A DNA stretch of 64,000 nucleotides from Neoconidiobolus thromboides FSU 785 (Eukaryota > Fungi > Entomophthoromycota). Made by a program: the position numbers and the translations under genes. The notes beneath the pieces are model-generated. The model was not told the DNA's origin. It did no database searches and saw only the letters and a list, made by a program, of their open reading frames with translations. Where the stretch lies: contig MU626365.1 in assembly GCA_025603075.1 (NCBI GenBank), positions 10,918 through 74,917 of the forward strand, written 5' to 3'. Shown piece after piece: positions 62,497 through 64,000 of this stretch. Numbering within the stretch: position 1 is the stretch's first letter; each line of letters starts with the position of its first letter.

Positions 62497-63552
62497 ATGA
62501 AATTTCTTATTTTTTTATTACTCCTTGGTATTTCAGTAAGTGAAAAGACTATACCAAAAAAGAAACTAAATAAACAGTTAGAGACTTATGAGAAATTTAT
62601 GGGAAAAGATATTTATCAGGGTTTGATAAATCAAAGAGAAGAAATGAAAAGAGTTGGAAAACATAAGAAGGAAAGGTCAATTAAAGACGGATTTAATATA
62701 CAATATAGTGATCAAGTTCGTTTGCTTTCACAAGCTATTAATTTAACTGAAATGGAAGATTTCCTGTTAAAGTATTCCCAATTTCCCACCAAGTTCTTTT
62801 TATCTAAATGGAGCCATGATGCTTCTGAATGGTTGTATAACTATATTCAACTAAAAGTTAAAGACTCTAATTATACTGGAAAGGCTGAAGTAAGTAGGTT
62901 TGAGCATTTATTCGATCAAAATAGTATAATTGTTAGAATTGACGGAAAAGATGAAGTATTAAAAAAAGAAATTGTCATATTAGGCTCACACTTGGATTCC
63001 ATTAACGATGACAATCCAATAGATGGGGCTGCGCCTGGTATGGATGATAATGCTAGCGGCATGGCTTGTAATTTACAAGTGCTAAATATAATATTAAAGA
63101 ATAATATTCAGTTGAAGCGTAGCTTAGAATTTCACTTCTATGCCGCAGAAGAAGTGGGATTATTAGGTTCATATAGCGTTGCTTATGATTATTTCAAGAA
63201 GGATAAAAAGGTCACTGGTATGATTCAAATGGATATGATTGGTCATTTATCAAAAAACAATGCTATTGCTATCATCAATGATTATACAGATAAAGGTTTA
63301 AACTTAATTTTAGCTGCTTTAATTCAGCATTATTTGGATTATAGTTATACAATTATAGAATGTGGATATGAGTGTTCTGATCATGCTGCTTGGGATTTTT
63401 TTGGATTCCCATCCTCTTTTCCTACTGAAGATTATGAGAATCCATTTAAGCACACTAAAGTTGACGATTTAAGTCATATAAATTTAATTCATTTCAAGGA
63501 ATTCACTAAATTAGCATTAGCTTTTGCTGTTGAATTAAGTATCATTCGTTAA
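62497..63552 (+). CDS. Secreted M28 leucine aminopeptidase (LAP/M28E type), intronless
   Basis: Signal peptide; GSHLDS, APGMDDNASG, FHFYAAEEVGLLGS, QMDM, CGYECSDH and HTKVD zinc-binding motifs. Confidence 0.93.
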   Translation: MKFLIFLLLLGISVSEKTIPKKKLNKQLETYEKFMGKDIYQGLINQREEMKRVGKHKKERSIKDGFNIQYSDQVRLLSQAINLTEMEDFLLKYSQFPTKFFLSKWSHDASEWLYNYIQLKVKDSNYTGKAEVSRFEHLFDQNSIIVRIDGKDEVLKKEIVILGSHLDSINDDNPIDGAAPGMDDNASGMACNLQVLNIILKNNIQLKRSLEFHFYAAEEVGLLGSYSVAYDYFKKDKKVTGMIQMDMIGHLSKNNAIAIINDYTDKGLNLILAALIQHYLDYSYTIIECGYECSDHAAWDFFGFPSSFPTEDYENPFKHTKVDDLSHINLIHFKEFTKLALAFAVELSIIR

Positions 63553-63640
63553 ATAAAAGGCTATTTTATTAGTTTATTAGTTTATTTGTATTCTTTATCA
63601 CTATCATGTTAATTTTTCTATTTATCGAAATAACTACTTT

Positions 63641-63745
63641 ATATAAGAGTGTTTTTTAGCTTTATCACTATCTCCATTTTTTAAGGGCTATTTGAGCGGA
63701 AAAATCGTTAGTAAAATTCTCAAATATATAAATACATTTCTATAT
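63641..63745 (+). mobile_element. MITE family A copy 16 (degenerate termini)
   Basis: ATAT|AAGAGTGT...ACATTTCT|ATAT with core TTAAGGGCTATTTGAGCGG; termini show G>A and C>T changes. Confidence 0.7.
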
Positions 63746-64000
63746 AGTGCAAAGCTTTCAATTCGGGTATCTTTGGTTTTACCTTTCTAGAGTAAAATCT
63801 ATCAAGATTATAAATGTCAAGGTTGTACTATTTGATACAAAATATGACTCTAAGATCGACTCACTCTCATTGTTCATAATCATTATATTCAAGTAGTTAA
63901 TTCGGGATAAAGTTTATTGCTATATTTTGCTTTATGAAGATGTATATACATAGAATCATTTGTTTTGAGAAACAAAGCTTTTTAATCTTTAAGATGAAAT

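Overview
Very AT-rich, intron-rich eukaryotic DNA with short GT-AG introns of about 45-90 nt. The gene content is fungal; an early-diverging, Conidiobolus/Neoconidiobolus-like lineage is my inference only. About 1.7-37.3 kb is a tightly packed housekeeping block: MON1, a PPR-like ORF, RPF2, a PalC-like BRO1 protein, HOS2, an M36 fungalysin, prolyl-tRNA synthetase, DBP7, an orphan gene, an OSGIN-like oxidoreductase, COY1/CASP, PIG-S, RAD23, ERG12 and RPN2. About 37.7-64 kb is sparser: three paralogous two-finger zinc-finger genes (one broken), three CsbD/Hmp1-like genes, a class-III aminotransferase, an RmlD/MAT2B-like SDR, a PBS2-like MAPKK and an M28 aminopeptidase. There are three identical tRNA-Asn(GTT) and three identical tRNA-Lys(TTT) genes. 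The most notable non-textbook signals are: (1) a 16-copy ~97-bp MITE with GG...CC termini and a demonstrable 4-bp ATAT/AAAT target-site duplication; (2) a 145-bp CACTA...TAGTG mini-element with a TTA duplication; (3) a zinc-finger family with Rpn4-like recognition helices whose promoters share a TCACCA(C/T)A motif matching their own predicted target; (4) a truncated paralog with near-identical finger tracts and CpG-type mutations. Gene boundaries were spliced by eye, and no database search was run.
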